NCBI GenBank assembly: GCA_903873775.1
Contig: CAIQPR010000017.1
Coordinates: forward strand, 69,719-133,718
Origin: an uncultured Actinomycetes bacterium
GTDB taxonomy: Bacteria > Actinomycetota > Acidimicrobiia > Acidimicrobiales > RAAP-2
Reading direction: 5' to 3'
Length of the DNA stretch: 64,000 nt
Positions 60,717 to 64,000 of this stretch are shown here, in pieces. Both the position numbers and the translations under genes were made by a program. The notes under the pieces were generated by a model. The model made no database searches. It saw only the letters and a program-made list of their open reading frames with translations, and was not told the DNA's origin. Numbering within the stretch: the stretch's first letter is position 1; each line of letters opens with the position of its first letter.

Positions 60717-61786
60717 GCGTCACCTTCAACAAATGTCACGGCGCGACGTGAGGCGTCGGGGGCCATTAAGAATCCGTGTCGATAGTGACCGCTCGACCAC
60801 GCCCATCGTCCGTCACTATCAACTTCAAAGAATGGTGCGTGATCGGACGTGGCGGGACGCAGCCCGACGCGTACTTCGTCGAAGGATGCCTCCTCCAACG
60901 AAGGATCCAGCCGGAGCGCGTCGTCGAGCACCCGACGTAGTGATCCCGCTTCCACGACGTCGTCCTTGGATTCATCGCTGGACGCACCGATGAGGACCGA
61001 GTGCTGAGAGCGCCGCACAATGTAGATCCACTGTCCGTCCACGATGCCTCGCGTCATGGATGGCGCGTGATGATTCGACACCAATCGAACCGTGATGCCT
61101 CGAATCGGTCGAACATGAGGAGGGAACAACGTCGACACCGTCAAGGGATGTGACGAATAGCCGGTTGCAACGAGTCCGACATCGCCACTGACGCGGTCTC
61201 CTGATGCGCAGACCACCGCGATCCCATCAACGTTGGTGTCCGTACTCACGGCGTCGTCGCGAACAAACTCCACGCCGAGCGATGTGGTGGCAAGTCGGAG
61301 AGCCTTCATCACGGCGTCGGGATCAACAAAGCCATCCGTCGGGGCGAAAAATCCCTCGCTGATGCGCGGGGTGAGTCGGTCGAACAATGCGGGCCGCTCG
61401 ACCCTTGAGACGTGCTCGAAGTGATGACCGCCTTCACGCGCAAGTTCCAGATACCGATCGAGTTCACGGCGATCAGATGCGTTGTAGGCAACGAAGAGTG
61501 TTCCGCACGTGGAGAGCGCCAGCGGCTCGGGGAAGTAGTCGGATAACTCGTCCAGTAACTGTGGCCAGTCGTGCAAGCACGTCACCGCAATGTCGCCCAG
61601 CTCCGGATGTTCGATACTGACCTCGGCACTCGGCGCCACCATGCCGGCCGCTGCGTACGACGCACCCTCGCCCGGTGTCGGGTCGATCACCACGACCTGA
61701 TGGCCCCGTCGCACGAGCGCGAATGCGCTCATCATGCCGATGACGCCGCCACCCACGATCACCACTCGCCGAGCACCGCTGTTCAT
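60713..61786 (-). CDS. thiO: glycine oxidase ThiO
   Basis: GGGVIG, GASYAAAGMVAP, GLRP, GHYRHGFLMAP; adjacent to thiS. Confidence 0.9.
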   Translation of the reverse strand: MNSGARRVVIVGGGVIGMMSAFALVRRGHQVVVIDPTPGEGASYAAAGMVAPSAEVSIEHPELGDIAVTCLHDWPQLLDELSDYFPEPLALSTCGTLFVAYNASDRRELDRYLELAREGGHHFEHVSRVERPALFDRLTPRISEGFFAPTDGFVDPDAVMKALRLATTSLGVEFVRDDAVSTDTNVDGIAVVCASGDRVSGDVGLVATGYSSHPLTVSTLFPPHVRPIRGITVRLVSNHHAPSMTRGIVDGQWIYIVRRSQHSVLIGASSDESKDDVVEAGSLRRVLDDALRLDPSLEEASFDEVRVGLRPATSDHAPFFEVDSDGRWAWSSGHYRHGFLMAPDASRRAVTFVEGDA

Positions 61787-61792
61787 GCATTC

Positions 61793-61798
61793 AGCGTA
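61793..61798 (-). promoter_or_regulatory. putative -10 element (TACGCT), leaderless thiO start
   Basis: TANNNT + 6 nt + ATG 61786. Confidence 0.55.
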
Positions 61799-61869
61799 GA
61801 ACGCCGCCCGGCGGTTGCATCAGCGAGAAGGGATAGGATGGAGCAAGGGCCAACGTCGTCCCAGAAGAG

Positions 61870-64000
61870 ATGACGATGACTGAAACCCTTTACAACCCCG
61901 ACTTCGAACACGACGCGTGCGGTGTCGGAATGGTCGCCGACCTCCAACAGCGCAGTTCCCACGCCATTGTGAGCGACGCCCTCACGATTCTGGAGAACCT
62001 CGAGCATCGAGGGGCGACGGGATCTGACGTCAATAGCGGTGACGGCGCAGGTCTGCTCTTGCGCATGCCCGATTCATTCCTGCGCTCCGTGGCGCATGAG
62101 GCCGGCACAGAATTGCCCGAACTCGGTAGTTACGGAGTCACCGTCTGGTTCTTGTCACACGATTCGGCGTCGCAACGAGAATCGATCACGCAGACAGCGG
62201 CAGCGGCGGGCCTTGACACTCTGTGGTGGCGAGAAGTGCCCGTCACCAATGACTTCCTCGGCGCGTCCGCGGCCGCGAGCGAACCTTCGCAGTGGATGCA
62301 GTTCGCTGTGGGACGCGCTCACGAGCGGGATCTGTTGCTCGAACGTCTGCTGTACCGAGCCCGTCGAGTGGCGTCACGCGACCTCGGTGTGTACGCCGCA
62401 TCAGCGTCGTGTCGAACTTTGATCTACAAAGGAATGTTGACGTCGACACAATTGCGGCGGTACTTCGACGATCTGCGTGACCCCGCGATCACCTCGTCGA
62501 TCGCGGTTGTGCACAGCCGATTCTCGACGAACACGTTTCCCTCGTGGCCCCTCGCTCAGCCGTTCCGCCTGATTGCCCATAATGGAGAGATCAACACCGT
62601 ACGCTCCAATCGAAATTGGATGGCCGCACGCGAAGCACTGCTCGACACCAGCATCTTTGACTGCCCGCCCAGTGACCTGACTCCGATCATCACCCCCACC
62701 ATGAGTGACTCCGGCAGCTTCGACGAAGTCGTTGAATTGCTGCACCTGGGAGGACGATCTCTTCCTCACGCCATCTTGATGATGATTCCTGAGGCGTGGG
62801 AGCGTTCGAGCGACATGGAAGAGTCTCGACGAGCCTTCTACCGCTATCACTCGGCCTTGATGGAGCCGTGGGACGGCCCCGCCTCCGTCACCTTCTGTGA
62901 CGGCACGGTCGTGGGTGCCGTGCTGGACCGCAACGGGCTGCGTCCGGCGCGTTTTTGGGAGACCGCCGACGGCCGCGTCATCTTCGCGTCAGAAGTAGGG
63001 GTCCTGCCCATTCCTTCCGGTGACGTCGTTCGCAAGGGCCGACTCCAGCCCGGGCGTATGTTTCTCGTTGACACTGCACAAGGCCGCATCGTGGAGGACC
63101 ACGAGATCAAGGCGGAACTGGCCGCAGCGCAGCCGTATGGCGAATGGCTCGATGCGGGACAACGCACGTTGGACGAACTGCCCTCGCGGTCAATGCTCGT
63201 TCCCGAACACGACAGCGTGCTGACCCAGCAGCGCCTCTACGGCTACACCGAAGAAGATGTGCGGCTGATCCTCGAGCCCATGGCTCGGTCGGGTGAGGAA
63301 CCTATTGGATCAATGGGTTCTGACGCCTCGCTTCCGGCGCTCAGTCAGAAGGATCACTCGCTCTTCGACTATTTCGCGCAGCAGTTCGCTCAAGTCACCA
63401 ATCCGCCGTTGGACGCCATTCGCGAAGAGCTCGTCACCGCCGTACGGGTCGCAATTGGTCCGCAGCACAACCTCCTTGCAGCGGGACCCGAGCATTGCCA
63501 ACAAATTGTTCTCAGCTCACCGGTCGTGTCATTGGAAGAGCTCGCCAAGCTGCGCTATATCGACGAAGAAGGGGGCGTGCCGGGCTTTCACTCGGTGGCC
63601 ATCGACGGACTCTTTGACGCGACCACCGGCGATGGTGGTACTGCACTCCTCACGGGACTTGCCGACATTGAGCAACGAGTGATCGACGCCGTCAGCGGCG
63701 GTGCCAACATCGTCATCCTCTCCGACCGCAATGCCTCGGTCGAGCGAGCACCGATACCTAGCCTCCTCGTGACCGCGGCGGTACACAACCGCCTCGTGCA
63801 TGAGAAGTTGCGCGCGCGTGTCGCGCTCGTGATCGAGGCGGCGGATGCGCGCGAAGTTCACCACGTGGCTCTCCTTCTCGGATTCGGGGCATCCGCGGTA
63901 TCGCCGTACTTGGCCTTTGACACGATCACCGATCTCGCCTCGCGTGGTGAATTAGGCGACGTCTCTGCTGCGCAGGCCCGATACAAGTACGCCAAGGGAC
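61870..64000 (+). CDS. gltB: glutamate synthase large subunit (partial, runs off right edge)
   Basis: Translated by hand: EHDACGVG (N-terminal catalytic Cys), LEHRGA, GDGAG, HSRFSTNTFPSW, HNGEINT, MEPWDGPA, LDRNGLRP. Start ATG 61870 or 61876. Confidence 0.97.
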   Translation, partial: MTMTETLYNPDFEHDACGVGMVADLQQRSSHAIVSDALTILENLEHRGATGSDVNSGDGAGLLLRMPDSFLRSVAHEAGTELPELGSYGVTVWFLSHDSASQRESITQTAAAAGLDTLWWREVPVTNDFLGASAAASEPSQWMQFAVGRAHERDLLLERLLYRARRVASRDLGVYAASASCRTLIYKGMLTSTQLRRYFDDLRDPAITSSIAVVHSRFSTNTFPSWPLAQPFRLIAHNGEINTVRSNRNWMAAREALLDTSIFDCPPSDLTPIITPTMSDSGSFDEVVELLHLGGRSLPHAILMMIPEAWERSSDMEESRRAFYRYHSALMEPWDGPASVTFCDGTVVGAVLDRNGLRPARFWETADGRVIFASEVGVLPIPSGDVVRKGRLQPGRMFLVDTAQGRIVEDHEIKAELAAAQPYGEWLDAGQRTLDELPSRSMLVPEHDSVLTQQRLYGYTEEDVRLILEPMARSGEEPIGSMGSDASLPALSQKDHSLFDYFAQQFAQVTNPPLDAIREELVTAVRVAIGPQHNLLAAGPEHCQQIVLSSPVVSLEELAKLRYIDEEGGVPGFHSVAIDGLFDATTGDGGTALLTGLADIEQRVIDAVSGGANIVILSDRNASVERAPIPSLLVTAAVHNRLVHEKLRARVALVIEAADAREVHHVALLLGFGASAVSPYLAFDTITDLASRGELGDVSAAQARYKYAKG

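Overview
This is a GC-rich bacterial chromosomal window, most likely from an actinomycetote of the Acidimicrobiia type. That assignment is an inference from gene order and protein features. Most of the window is core genome: fabD-fabG-acpP-fabF, tRNA-Leu(CAA), pdtaR-polA-rpsA, coaE-uvrB-uvrA-uvrC-rapZ-yvcK-gap-pgk-tpiA-secG, tRNA-Leu(GAG), nadK-recN-pyrG-nudF-xerD, trpS, scpAB-rluB-aroH-tyrA-aroA-cmk-plsC, ispH, der, tRNA-Pro(GGG), thiO-thiS and the start of gltB. The main accessory block is about 15 kb between rpsA and coaE. It holds a peptide/nickel-type ABC transporter with no binding protein, and a cell-envelope glycan locus. That locus encodes a GT39-like GT-C, a eukaryote-type UDP-galactopyranose-mutase-like flavoenzyme, a flippase, an Rv0225-like GT4 and a 1760-aa AftD-like arabinofuranosyltransferase. 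The AftD-like protein is fused in frame to an Rv0224c/MtrP-like methyltransferase domain whose SAM-binding loop looks degenerate. This fusion and its locus are the best candidate for an undescribed system. Other notable points are whiA missing from its usual slot, thiO-thiS without thiG and followed by a 52-aa ORF absent from the ORF track, a non-lipoprotein and very low-charge family-5 binding protein behind secG, a lower-GC membrane ORF behind tRNA-Leu(GAG), a motif present at both ends of S1, and many TANNNT-N6-start (leaderless) promoters. I saw no CRISPR array, IS element, prophage or rRNA. Family assignments come from motif recognition and recall, not from database searches.
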